Made by a program: the position numbers and the translations under genes. A stretch of DNA of 61,994 nt from Phycisphaerales bacterium. GTDB taxonomy: Bacteria > Planctomycetota > Phycisphaerae > Phycisphaerales > UBA1924. The notes under the pieces are model-generated. The model had not been told where the DNA came from. It was given only the letters and a program-made list of their open reading frames with translations, and did not search any database. The stretch spans positions 1-61,994 of the forward strand of contig JBJXFE010000046.1 in assembly GCA_046153875.1 (NCBI GenBank), read 5' to 3'. Within the stretch, counting starts at the first letter, position 1; every line of letters starts with the position of its first letter. Positions 43,807 to 52,287 of the stretch are shown here, one piece after another.

Positions 43807-44058
43807 GGAACCTCCGCGGGTTGGGCAACACCCGCGCGGAGAACGGGCATCGCGTCCACAGTTTATACGGTGTCCGCCCGCCGGGTGATGCAGAATGCGA
43901 GGCGGCCGCCGCGACGCTAACGGACCCCGGGGCACCGCGATCGGGTGCCACCGCTCGGCGGGTCTCCGGCGCAGCGGTGATGAGTCGGCAACTGCACGGC
44001 TGCGCGGCCCAGCGCCGCGAGCCGTGGCACCCAACGCTCAGCCGCAACACCCGGATCG

Positions 44059-47000
44059 TCAGCGCTTCCGCTTCCCCGCCCGGTCCGCCTCGCGCGCGGC
44101 ACGGGCCGCCTCGATCTGGGCCTTGGCCGCGGCGGACTTGTCCGTGGGGTCCGTGCCCGCCCGCTGCGCCGCCTCCAGGTCCTTCTGGTGGCGGTCGCTC
44201 ACGGGCGCGGGCGGGAGCGGCATGGCCGGCGTTCCGGGCGCGGCCGCGGCCGGCGCGCTCACCGGAGGCACGGCTCGCGACGGACGCGCCGACGGCGCAT
44301 CGAGTCCGGGCCCGGCGATCCCGCCCGCGCCGGCTCCCGACGGCGGCTCGTAATACGGGCTGGCCCCCCCGGCGGGACGCGGCGCGGGGCGCGGCCGCGG
44401 CGCGGCGGTCTGCGGCGCGCCCATCCCCGCCGGCGACAGCCGCACCTTGAACACGTAGTCCGTGATCCGGTCGCGCACCCCGTCCATCGCCTCCTTGAAC
44501 AACCGCGAACCCTCGCGCTTGAACTCGATCCGCGGGTCCTGCTGCGAGTACGCACGGAACCCGATCGTGTCGCGCATCTGGTCCATCCCGTAGAGGTGGT
44601 CCTTCCACGACGTGTCGAGAGTCTCCAGCAGGATCGTCTGCTCGAAGTGCAACTGCTCGGCCCTCAGGATGCTCTCGACCCGTCCGCGGATCGCGTCCGG
44701 GCGATCCTTGTCGTCCAGCCACCGCATCCACTCCGGCAGGCCGGGCCCGAACTTGTCCTTCAGGTGTTTCTCGAGCGACTCGTCGTCCCCGCACGCCAGG
44801 GCGGCCTCGAGTTCCTGCTCCAGCTTGCCCGACTCCACGAACGCCTTCGACGCGGCGATCAGCTCCTCGCGCACCTTCGCGGGCGGCATCGTGCGGAGCT
44901 TCTCCTCCGACAGCGCCAGGCCGAAGCGCCGATTGGCCCACCCCGCGAGCTGCCCGAGCGCCGCCTGCGGGTTCTGCCGGGCCAGCATCATCGTCATGTC
45001 CATCGCGAACTCAACCGGGTACTCGATCTCGCGCTTGTGGTAGAGGTCCTCGGCCTTCTTCACGATCACGTCCTCGGTCGGGTGCTCCTCGTCGGCCGCG
45101 GCCTTCTGGATCTCCTCGACCGTCATCGTGATGACGAACTTGTTTTTCGCCCATTCGACGAGCCGGCGCGCGCCGTAGTCCGGAGCCAGGTACACGTCCA
45201 GCCCGGCGAGCTCGGCCTCGTCGATGCGGCGCTCCGCGGCCTCGGTGAGCACGCGCTGCACCCGGCGGCGGTCCAGGCCCGCCCCGAGGTCGCGCTCGGT
45301 CAGCTCCACGCCGAAGCGGTTCTTCGCCCAGCGGATGAGCCCCTCCTTGTCCAGGTCCACCGTCGCGTCCGTGCCGTCCGCCGGGATGTACTCGCCGAGC
45401 GTGAGCTCCACCATGGTGCGGGCGTCGGCCTTGGCGGCCTCGCGGATCGCCTTCTCCAGCTCGGCCGGCTCCAGCCCGCGCAGACGGGCCACGTCGATGG
45501 AGCAATCGAGCTTCTCCTTGGCGAACTCGGCGACGCATGTGGCCGGGTAGTCGCGGTCGAGGTACTCGACGCACGCGTCGCGGCAGGCGTCGCGGATGTA
45601 GTCGAGGATCAGCCCCTTGACGCCGCGACCCTCCAGGACGCGCTGGCGAAGCCCGTAGAAGAACTGCCGCTGGTGCTCCATCACCTCGTCGTACTCGAGG
45701 ATGTTCTTGCGGATCTGGAAGTTGCGCTCCTCGACCTTGCGCTGGGCCCGCTCGACGCTCTTGGTCAGCCACGGGTGCTCGATCGAGTCCCCCTCCTTCA
45801 TGCCCAGGCGCGAGAGAATTTTCATCTGGGTCTCGCCCGCGAACATCTTCATCAGGTCGTCCTCGAGCGAGACGTAGAAGCGCGACGACCCGCGGTCGCC
45901 CTGGCGGCCCGACCGTCCCCGCAGCTGGTTGTCGATGCGCCGCGACTCGTGCCGCTCGGTCCCGATGACGTGCAGGCCGCCCATTTCCTCGATGGTCCCG
46001 AACCAGCGGATGCGGTGCAGGATGAAGCGCCCGGACTGGTCCAGGGCGGCGCGCAGCTCCTCCGCGTCCGCCCGGTCGATCTGCTTGGGCGACAGAAGCG
46101 TGTGGGCCAGGGCCCAGTGGCGCAGCAGCGCCAGCTCCAGCTCGCCGAAAGGCATCGTCTCGACCTCACGCTTGTGCTCACCGAGCTCGGCCGGAGCGAC
46201 CTTGCGGTAGACCGCCTCGCGCAGCTGCTCCTCGCTCGAAGCGACCGTCACGGTCCGCGGCGCGATCCCGCGCCGCAGCCAGTGCTCCAGCAGCGTCTCG
46301 CGGGTGATCGGCCCCAGCTTGATGTCCGTGCCGCGCCCGGCCATGTTCGTGGCGATCATGACCGCGCCGAGCTGCCCGGCGTTCTCGATCATGTGGGCCT
46401 CGCGCTCGTGCTGCTTGGCGTTGAGCACCTCGTGCTTCACGCCGTGCCGACCCGTCAGCATCGTGCTGAGCGTCTCGCTCTTCTCGACGCTCGTCGTCCC
46501 CACCAGCACCGGCCGCCCCGCGTCGTGGAACTGCTTGATCTCGTCGACGATCGCGCCCCATTTGTCCTTGGCCCGCAGGAACATCAGGTCGTTGTAGTCC
46601 CGCCGGATCATCGGTTTGTTCGTGGGGATCGAGACCACGTCGAGCTTGTAGATATCGTGGAACTCCTGCGCCTCGGTGTCGGCCGTGCCCGTCATGCCCG
46701 CCAACCGCTTGTACATCTTGAAGAAGTTCTGGATCGTCACCGTCGCGACCGTCTGCGTCTCCTGCTTGATCGGCACCTTCTCCTTGCACTCCACCGCCTG
46801 GTGCAGCCCGTCGGACCACTGCCGCCCGATCATGGGGCGCCCCGTGAACACGTCCACGATCACCACGCTCGGCTCGGTCCGCCCGGACATCTGGTCCGGC
46901 ACCGTCATCACGACGTAGTCGCGGTCGCGGTGATAGACCACGTGGGCCCGTAACGCCTGCTCGAGCAGGTGGGGCACGTCCATGTTCTCGTCGACGTAGA

Positions 47001-48276
47001 ACGACCCGATCCCTGCGACGCGCTGCGCCTCGGCCACGCCCTGGTGCGCCACGTGGACCGCCTTGCGTTCCAGGTGCGTCTCGTAGTACTGCACGTGCTT
47101 GGCCCGTTCACGCTCCAGCCCGGGCAGGGCGGCCTTCGCCTCGTCGAGCTTGCGCTTCAGGTCCGGGATCGCGCTCTTTTCACGCGCCTGCCGGATGTCC
47201 CCCTCGAACCCCTTGATCCGCTGGAGGCACTGCTGCATCGTGTCGTCGCCCTCCTGCCACGGGCGCTGCTTCTCCACCAGGTGCTTGGCGAGCTTGTCGG
47301 CCAGCTCGTACCGCGGCTGGTCGTCGTGCGCGGGGCCCGAGATGATCAGCGGCGTGCGGGCCTCGTCGATCAGGATGCTGTCCACCTCGTCCACGATCGC
47401 GAACTCGCGGCGCCGCTGCACCTGCGCGTCCACCGACCGCTTCATGTTGTCGCGCAGGTAGTCGAACCCGAACTCGGCGGTCGTGCCGTAGACCACGTCG
47501 CAGCGGTACATCTTCCGCTTCACGTCCTCGTTCTGCATGTGCATCGGGTGGATCGCCCCCACCGTCAGCCCCAGCGCGTGGAAGAACGGGAACGTCCAGT
47601 CGCGGTCGCGCTGCACGAGGTAGTCGTTGACCGTGACGACGTGCACCTTGCGCCGCTCGACGCACGCGAGGTAGCACGCCAGCGGGCCGACGATCGTCTT
47701 GCCCTCGCCCGTGCGCATCTCGGCGATCTTGCCCTGCGCCAGCACCATCCCGCCGATGAGCTGCACGTCGAACGGGCGGGCGCGGAATGGCGGCTTGCTC
47801 TCCGCGTAGACCTGCCGCACGGCCTCGTACACCTCGTTGGGGATGTCCCCCTGCGACCACCCGGGCATCGGGCCGCTGCTGCCGAGGAACTCCCCGTCGG
47901 GCTCGGCGGGGGCGGCCGCGTCCATCCGGGCCTTGGTCTCGATGAACAGCGAGCGGGCGGGCTCGGGCAGCCGAGCCCCGTCGAACGCGTGCTTCGGGTC
48001 GAAGATGTTGCGGATGCCCACCGCCCGGTCCATCGCCTCGCGGGCGACGGCGAAGACCTCCACGAGCAGGTCGTCGATCTTGGCGCCCTTCTGGACGCGC
48101 TCGCGGAACTCGACGAGCATGCCGCGGACCTGCGCGTCGGTCATCTGCCGCACCCGCGGCTCCAGCGCGTTGATCGCGTTGACCCGCGCCATGTACCGTT
48201 TGACGAACCGCTCGTTGCGCGTGCCGATCAGCCAGTTCAGGAACGGGCCGACGACGGGAATGCCTTTCTCTGCCAT
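44059..48276 (-). CDS. secA: preprotein translocase ATPase SecA (1405 aa, with long disordered Pro/Ala-rich C-terminal tail)
   Basis: N-terminus MAEKGIPVVGPFLNWLIGTRNERFVKRY; Walker A MRTGEGKT; DEVDSILIDEARTPLIISG; GTDIKLG; TERHESRRIDNQLRGRSGRQGD. ~190 C-terminal residues are low complexity (PRPRPAPRPAGG...AAAKAQIEAARAAREADRAGKRKR). Confidence 0.9.
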   Translation of the reverse strand: MAEKGIPVVGPFLNWLIGTRNERFVKRYMARVNAINALEPRVRQMTDAQVRGMLVEFRERVQKGAKIDDLLVEVFAVAREAMDRAVGIRNIFDPKHAFDGARLPEPARSLFIETKARMDAAAPAEPDGEFLGSSGPMPGWSQGDIPNEVYEAVRQVYAESKPPFRARPFDVQLIGGMVLAQGKIAEMRTGEGKTIVGPLACYLACVERRKVHVVTVNDYLVQRDRDWTFPFFHALGLTVGAIHPMHMQNEDVKRKMYRCDVVYGTTAEFGFDYLRDNMKRSVDAQVQRRREFAIVDEVDSILIDEARTPLIISGPAHDDQPRYELADKLAKHLVEKQRPWQEGDDTMQQCLQRIKGFEGDIRQAREKSAIPDLKRKLDEAKAALPGLERERAKHVQYYETHLERKAVHVAHQGVAEAQRVAGIGSFYVDENMDVPHLLEQALRAHVVYHRDRDYVVMTVPDQMSGRTEPSVVIVDVFTGRPMIGRQWSDGLHQAVECKEKVPIKQETQTVATVTIQNFFKMYKRLAGMTGTADTEAQEFHDIYKLDVVSIPTNKPMIRRDYNDLMFLRAKDKWGAIVDEIKQFHDAGRPVLVGTTSVEKSETLSTMLTGRHGVKHEVLNAKQHEREAHMIENAGQLGAVMIATNMAGRGTDIKLGPITRETLLEHWLRRGIAPRTVTVASSEEQLREAVYRKVAPAELGEHKREVETMPFGELELALLRHWALAHTLLSPKQIDRADAEELRAALDQSGRFILHRIRWFGTIEEMGGLHVIGTERHESRRIDNQLRGRSGRQGDRGSSRFYVSLEDDLMKMFAGETQMKILSRLGMKEGDSIEHPWLTKSVERAQRKVEERNFQIRKNILEYDEVMEHQRQFFYGLRQRVLEGRGVKGLILDYIRDACRDACVEYLDRDYPATCVAEFAKEKLDCSIDVARLRGLEPAELEKAIREAAKADARTMVELTLGEYIPADGTDATVDLDKEGLIRWAKNRFGVELTERDLGAGLDRRRVQRVLTEAAERRIDEAELAGLDVYLAPDYGARRLVEWAKNKFVITMTVEEIQKAAADEEHPTEDVIVKKAEDLYHKREIEYPVEFAMDMTMMLARQNPQAALGQLAGWANRRFGLALSEEKLRTMPPAKVREELIAASKAFVESGKLEQELEAALACGDDESLEKHLKDKFGPGLPEWMRWLDDKDRPDAIRGRVESILRAEQLHFEQTILLETLDTSWKDHLYGMDQMRDTIGFRAYSQQDPRIEFKREGSRLFKEAMDGVRDRITDYVFKVRLSPAGMGAPQTAAPRPRPAPRPAGGASPYYEPPSGAGAGGIAGPGLDAPSARPSRAVPPVSAPAAAAPGTPAMPLPPAPVSDRHQKDLEAAQRAGTDPTDKSAAAKAQIEAARAAREADRAGKRKR

Positions 48277-48473
48277 GGGATCGGTCCTTGCACCAACAGA
48301 CCCGGACGCCGGGGTTGAGGAGCCCTCGACGAAACCTCGGGACCATCGAGCCCTCGCGCCAGTTTGTGCCGGGGCGTCGGGCGCTTGATAACGGCTGGTT
48401 CAATTCAGAAAAACACGCCGCGGACGCTCACATGACGACGGCCCAGCCCCGACCCGATCGGTCGGGCGCTCGA

Positions 48474-48851
48474 TCAGCCGATCACCGGCGGCGGCATGGC
48501 GATCAGTTCGAGGCGACGCAGGTGCCTCGGCGGCGGGAGCGAACCCACGCCGACCACACGGTTGGTGAACACCTCGACGAGCCGGCTCTCCAACGACGGA
48601 GCGGCGAACAGCGCGTGCGCCACGGGCTTGTGCGCGCCCGAGGCCACCAGCCCGCGCACCGCCTTGGCCAGAGCCGCCGACAGCTCGCGCACGGCCGCGC
48701 GCTCCGGCAGGGTCTCGCGGTGCAGCTCGCGCGCCCAGGGGCGGAGCGGCTCCACCGAGGCCGCCACCAGCAGGCCCAGGACGAACACCACCGACGCGCC
48801 CGCCAAGGCGGATCGCGGGGCGGACGTCGATCTGGAAGGGCCTGCGGCCAT
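48474..48851 (-). CDS. possible small membrane-anchored hypothetical protein in the secA/TSCPD divergent spacer
   Basis: 125-codon frame with one hydrophobic helix (GASVVFVLGLLVAASV) and protein-like composition. The opposite-strand frames are Ser/Arg/Pro-rich noise. No homology recognised. Start codon uncertain. Confidence 0.3.
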   Translation of the reverse strand: MAAGPSRSTSAPRSALAGASVVFVLGLLVAASVEPLRPWARELHRETLPERAAVRELSAALAKAVRGLVASGAHKPVAHALFAAPSLESRLVEVFTNRVVGVGSLPPPRHLRRLELIAMPPPVIG

Positions 48852-49043
48852 CGGTGTCAGGGGAAGTATCGGCGTCCCGCCCCCCCCGAGCAAGAGCCCC
48901 CGACCGATTGCGCCGCGGGTCGCGCCGGGCCTTCCCATATTGTGGACCCGCCCCGCGACCGGGGCCGATATCGGACGGCGTCCGCACCGGGAGCGCCCGC
49001 CGCGCCGGCTGCGCGTCGGGCAGGTCGTGCTACCCTCCCGGCG

Positions 49044-49433
49044 ATGCCGCAGCCGTCCCAGGAAACGCCGATGGTCGCCATCCGTCAGACGCTGCCCGCG
49101 ACCCGCGAGTCCGTGACGCACAAGTTCAGCGTGGGCCGCCACGAGGGGTACCTCACGGTCGGCCTCTACCCCGACGGCCGCGCGGGCGAGATCTTCCTGA
49201 AGATGGCCAAGGAAGGCTCGACGCTCTCCGGCATGTGCCAGGCGTTCTGCCTCGCGTTCAGCCTGGCGATGCAGTACGGGCTGACGGTCGAGGAGGCGTG
49301 CAAACGCTTCAAGGGGATGCGCTTCGAGCCCATGGGCCCGACCAGCAACCCCGACATCCCCGAGGCGAGCAGTATCATCGACTACATTGCGCGGTACTTG
49401 GAACTCACCTACGGGTCGCCGGGACGACGCTGA
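49044..49433 (+). CDS. stand-alone TSCPD-domain protein (domain otherwise found at the C-terminus of class II ribonucleotide reductases)
   Basis: GYLTVGLYPDGRAGEIFLKMAKEGSTLSGMCQAFCLAFSLAMQYGLTVEEACKRFKGMRFEPMGPTSNPDI contains the T-S-x-P-D signature and the conserved Cys pair. ATG at 49044. The first 250 codons of the track ORF are antisense noise. Confidence 0.65.
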   Translation: MPQPSQETPMVAIRQTLPATRESVTHKFSVGRHEGYLTVGLYPDGRAGEIFLKMAKEGSTLSGMCQAFCLAFSLAMQYGLTVEEACKRFKGMRFEPMGPTSNPDIPEASSIIDYIARYLELTYGSPGRR

Positions 49434-49482
49434 ACTCGCAGCGTCGCGAAACGCCCTCGAGCCGTAACACGGGGCCCTGATC

Positions 49483-49947
49483 GTGTCACTCTTCGCCTCC
49501 CGCCGCGCAAGGCTTGCCGGGCTCGCATTGGTGGCATGCGTTGTCGGAGTCGCAGCATTGGCCTGGAGATGGCCGTTCTCAACACGGAAGCCGGGGATAG
49601 CTCCGGGCCAACGCTGGACCTACCAGACGCGGCCGCAGGAGGTGGACTCCACGCTCGTAGTTACAGTGGTGGAGGATGACCGCGATCGTGGCCGCATCGT
49701 TCACGTTCGGTTTGATGGTGTCCTGATCGACGGTCCCAACGGAGCGGTGACGACGATCGGACACGCGCCAATCGCGGAGTTATCCGTGCTTCCTCACCTC
49801 ATCAAACTCCTTGAGATCGACGTGCCAGTCAGCGACAGGTCCGGCTACAACAACTGGCGCGAGGCCCGGGGCGGGGTCTTCGAGATGCCCCCGGCCGAAG
49901 TCGTTCGCACGATTGAAGAGGCGTTCAAGAACGCTCGTCCGCGATAG
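49483..49947 (+). CDS. hypothetical exported/membrane-anchored protein with atypical (low-GC3) codon usage
   Basis: N-terminal hydrophobic segment LAGLALVACVVGVAALAW. Many A/T-ending codons (tca, ctt, gca, ttg, gtt, tta, aaa), unlike all neighbouring genes. Confidence 0.5.
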   Translation: MSLFASRRARLAGLALVACVVGVAALAWRWPFSTRKPGIAPGQRWTYQTRPQEVDSTLVVTVVEDDRDRGRIVHVRFDGVLIDGPNGAVTTIGHAPIAELSVLPHLIKLLEIDVPVSDRSGYNNWREARGGVFEMPPAEVVRTIEEAFKNARPR

Positions 49948-49954
49948 CGATCCA

Positions 49955-50941
49955 TCACACCACCCGGTTCGGCGGCTCTCGACCCTCCAGCACCGCCCGC
50001 GCGTTGTCGCACGCCATCTGCGTCATCATCTCGCGATACTTCAGCGCCCCGCTCCCGATGTGCGGCGTCAGCACGCAGTTGGTCAGCCCGATCAGCCCGG
50101 GATGGACCCGCGGCTCCTCCTCGAACACGTCCAGCCCCGCCCCGTAGATCCGCCGCTCCTTCAGCGCCGCGACCAGCGCCGCCTCGTCCACGATCGGACC
50201 CCGCGCCGTGTTCACGAGGATCGCCGAGGGCTTCATCACCGCCAGCGCCCGCGCGTCGATGAGCCGGCGCGTCTGCGGCGTCAGCGGCGTATGGATGCTC
50301 ACCACGTCCGCCTCGCGCAAACCCTCGTGCAGGTCCACGCGCCGCGCCGCCAGCGGCGCCAACTCAAACTCCCAATGCTGCGAGCGCGCCGCGTACAGCA
50401 CCTGCATGCCCCACCCGATCGACCGCATCGCCGTGGCGAAACCGATCCGCCCCGCCCCCACGATCAGCAGTGTCTTGCCGGTCAGGTCCAGCCCGACGAG
50501 TTCCGTCGGGCCCAGCGGCCCCCGCGCCGCGTACTCCGGCGATCGCGCGAACCGGTCCGCCTCGACCACCCGGCGCGCCACCGCCAGGATCAGCGCCCAC
50601 GCCATGTCCGCGGTCCCCTCGGTGACAGCATTCGGCGTGTTGGTCACGATCACACCGCGGGCTTTGCAAGCGGGCAGGTCGATGTTGTCCGTTCCCACCG
50701 CGAAGTTGCAGATGGCCTTGAGTTGAGGCCCGGCCGCCGCGAGCAACTCGGCGTCCACGCGCTCCGAGACCCACGTGATGGCCACCGTCGCGCCCCGCAC
50801 GAACCGCAGCAGCTCCTCGCGCGACATCCGGTCCGGCGGGCCGAACCGGACCTCGGACCCCGGAAACCGCACGTCGCCCGGCAGAGGGCGCGAGACGGCG
50901 ACCACGGGGGGGGGGCGTACATCGGCCTGCGTCATGCGCAT
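49955..50941 (-). CDS. D-isomer-specific 2-hydroxyacid dehydrogenase (glyoxylate/hydroxypyruvate reductase GhrB-like)
   Basis: LSREELL-type N-terminus, GxGxxG LLIVGAGRIGFATA, catalytic LVNTARGPIVDEAAL and PHIGSGA. ATG at 50941. A G10 run (50906-50915) lies in codons 9-12 (RPPP). Confidence 0.85.
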   Translation of the reverse strand: MRMTQADVRPPPVVAVSRPLPGDVRFPGSEVRFGPPDRMSREELLRFVRGATVAITWVSERVDAELLAAAGPQLKAICNFAVGTDNIDLPACKARGVIVTNTPNAVTEGTADMAWALILAVARRVVEADRFARSPEYAARGPLGPTELVGLDLTGKTLLIVGAGRIGFATAMRSIGWGMQVLYAARSQHWEFELAPLAARRVDLHEGLREADVVSIHTPLTPQTRRLIDARALAVMKPSAILVNTARGPIVDEAALVAALKERRIYGAGLDVFEEEPRVHPGLIGLTNCVLTPHIGSGALKYREMMTQMACDNARAVLEGREPPNRVV

Positions 50942-50956
50942 ACGGTAGGAACCCCG

Positions 50957-51664
50957 ATGAAACTGCTCGCCTGGAACATCCGGCACGGCGGCGGCTCGAA
51001 GCGCATGCCCCACATCGCGCTGACGCTCCTGGAGCACGCCGCGGATGTCGTCGTGCTCACCGAGTACCGCCGCACCACCGGCGGTCAGATCGCGGGCGTG
51101 CTCGCCGACCACGGCCTGGAGCACCAGGTGTGCAGCGACCCGCCTCGGGGGAAGAACGGGCTGCTCGTGGCCTCCCGCGCGCCGATCCAGGTCCAGCCGG
51201 GCCTGACGCACCGCTGGGCCGAAATTGTGCTCCCAGGCACAGGGCTCAGAATTCTGGCCGTCCACGCGCCGCACGACACGCCGGGCCAAGCCTCGGCGTC
51301 CACCGCCCGAACCCGGTTCTTCCAGGCCTTGGTGGACACGGGTCGCGCGCGTGTGACCGAGCCGTTCATCATGCTCGGCGACTTCAACGCCGGGCGTCAC
51401 TATCTCGATGAAGAGGGCGCGACGCTGACCTGCACGTATCAGCTCGGCGTGCTCGCAAGTCTCGGGTACGTCGATGCTTGGAGACGATTCAACCCCGCCG
51501 GGCGCGAGTTCACCTGGTACAGCCCGCAAGGGGGCGGCTTCCGCATCGACCACGTCTTTGTCTCACCGCCGCTGCGGGACAGCGTCGAGTTCTGCCGGTA
51601 TTCTCACGCCGAGCGGGAGAGCGGCCTATCCGACCACTCGGCGGTCGTGATGGGCCTGCGTTGA
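50957..51664 (+). CDS. endonuclease/exonuclease/phosphatase (EEP) family protein
   Basis: MKLLAWNIRHGGG, VVVLTEYR, IMLGDFNAG and DHVFVS are the EEP/Exo III fold motifs. ATG at 50957 lies only 16 bp from the divergent GhrB-like start. Confidence 0.8.
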   Translation: MKLLAWNIRHGGGSKRMPHIALTLLEHAADVVVLTEYRRTTGGQIAGVLADHGLEHQVCSDPPRGKNGLLVASRAPIQVQPGLTHRWAEIVLPGTGLRILAVHAPHDTPGQASASTARTRFFQALVDTGRARVTEPFIMLGDFNAGRHYLDEEGATLTCTYQLGVLASLGYVDAWRRFNPAGREFTWYSPQGGGFRIDHVFVSPPLRDSVEFCRYSHAERESGLSDHSAVVMGLR

Positions 51665-51805
51665 TCGCGCCCCATGGGCCCGCCGGCTTTGGGCGGAATT
51701 CCGCGAGATTCCGCGCGGGCGACTTGCCCCGGGCCTCCGGATTCGCTACAAGACTGCCCGTTCTCGTGGGACGCATCGAACTTTTTCAGGACTGGAGAAA
51801 GACCC

Positions 51806-52195
51806 ATGGCCAAGAGCAAGAAGAAGCCCGCCGCCGCGAAGAAGCCCGCCGCCAAGGCCGCCGCCCCCAAGCCCGTCAAGATCTCCCCCTCGTCCAAGAC
51901 CCGCACCAAGGGCGAGCTCTACCGCCTCATGGCCGACGCCTCCGGCATCAGCCGTAAGCAGGCGGTCGCCGCCGTAGACACGCTGACGGCCGCGATGGCC
52001 GCCGACCTCGCCAAGGGTGGCGGGATGTTCAACCTCTTCGGCCTCGCCAAGATGGTCGTCATCAAGAAGCCCGCCCAGCCCGAGCGCCAGGGCATCAACC
52101 CCTTCACCAAGGAGCCGACGATCTTCAAGGCGAAGCCCGCCCGCAAGGTCGTCAAGATCCGCCCGATGAAGGCCCTCAAGTCCCTCGTCATGTAA
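51806..52195 (+). CDS. HU/IHF-family nucleoid DNA-binding protein with Lys/Ala-rich (histone H1-like) N-terminal extension
   Basis: MAKSKKKPAAAKKPAAKAAAPKPVK tail, then an HU fold (KGELYRLMADASGISRKQAVAAVDTLTAAMAADLAKGGGMFNLFGLAKMVVIKKPA...GINPFTKEPTIFKAKPARKVVKIRPMKALK). RBS GGAGAAAG. Confidence 0.8.
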   Translation: MAKSKKKPAAAKKPAAKAAAPKPVKISPSSKTRTKGELYRLMADASGISRKQAVAAVDTLTAAMAADLAKGGGMFNLFGLAKMVVIKKPAQPERQGINPFTKEPTIFKAKPARKVVKIRPMKALKSLVM

Positions 52196-52231
52196 CCGAC
52201 GGGACGCGCAGGACAACGGAACGAACTCGAA

Positions 52232-52259
52232 GCCCCGGGGCGAACCCCCGGGGCTTTTT
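52232..52259 (+). terminator. rho-independent terminator after the HU-like gene
   Basis: GCCCCGGGG-cgaac-CCCCGGGGC perfect 9-bp stem followed by TTTTT. Confidence 0.75.
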
Positions 52260-52287
52260 CGTTGGCTCGGACGGGGGGGGGGCGCGA

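Noticed and set aside
48277-49043. Possible cobalamin or other riboswitch in the 770-bp leader of the TSCPD gene
   Set aside because: No B12-box (GCCACTG) or other recognisable riboswitch core was seen by eye. This cannot be excluded without an Infernal scan.
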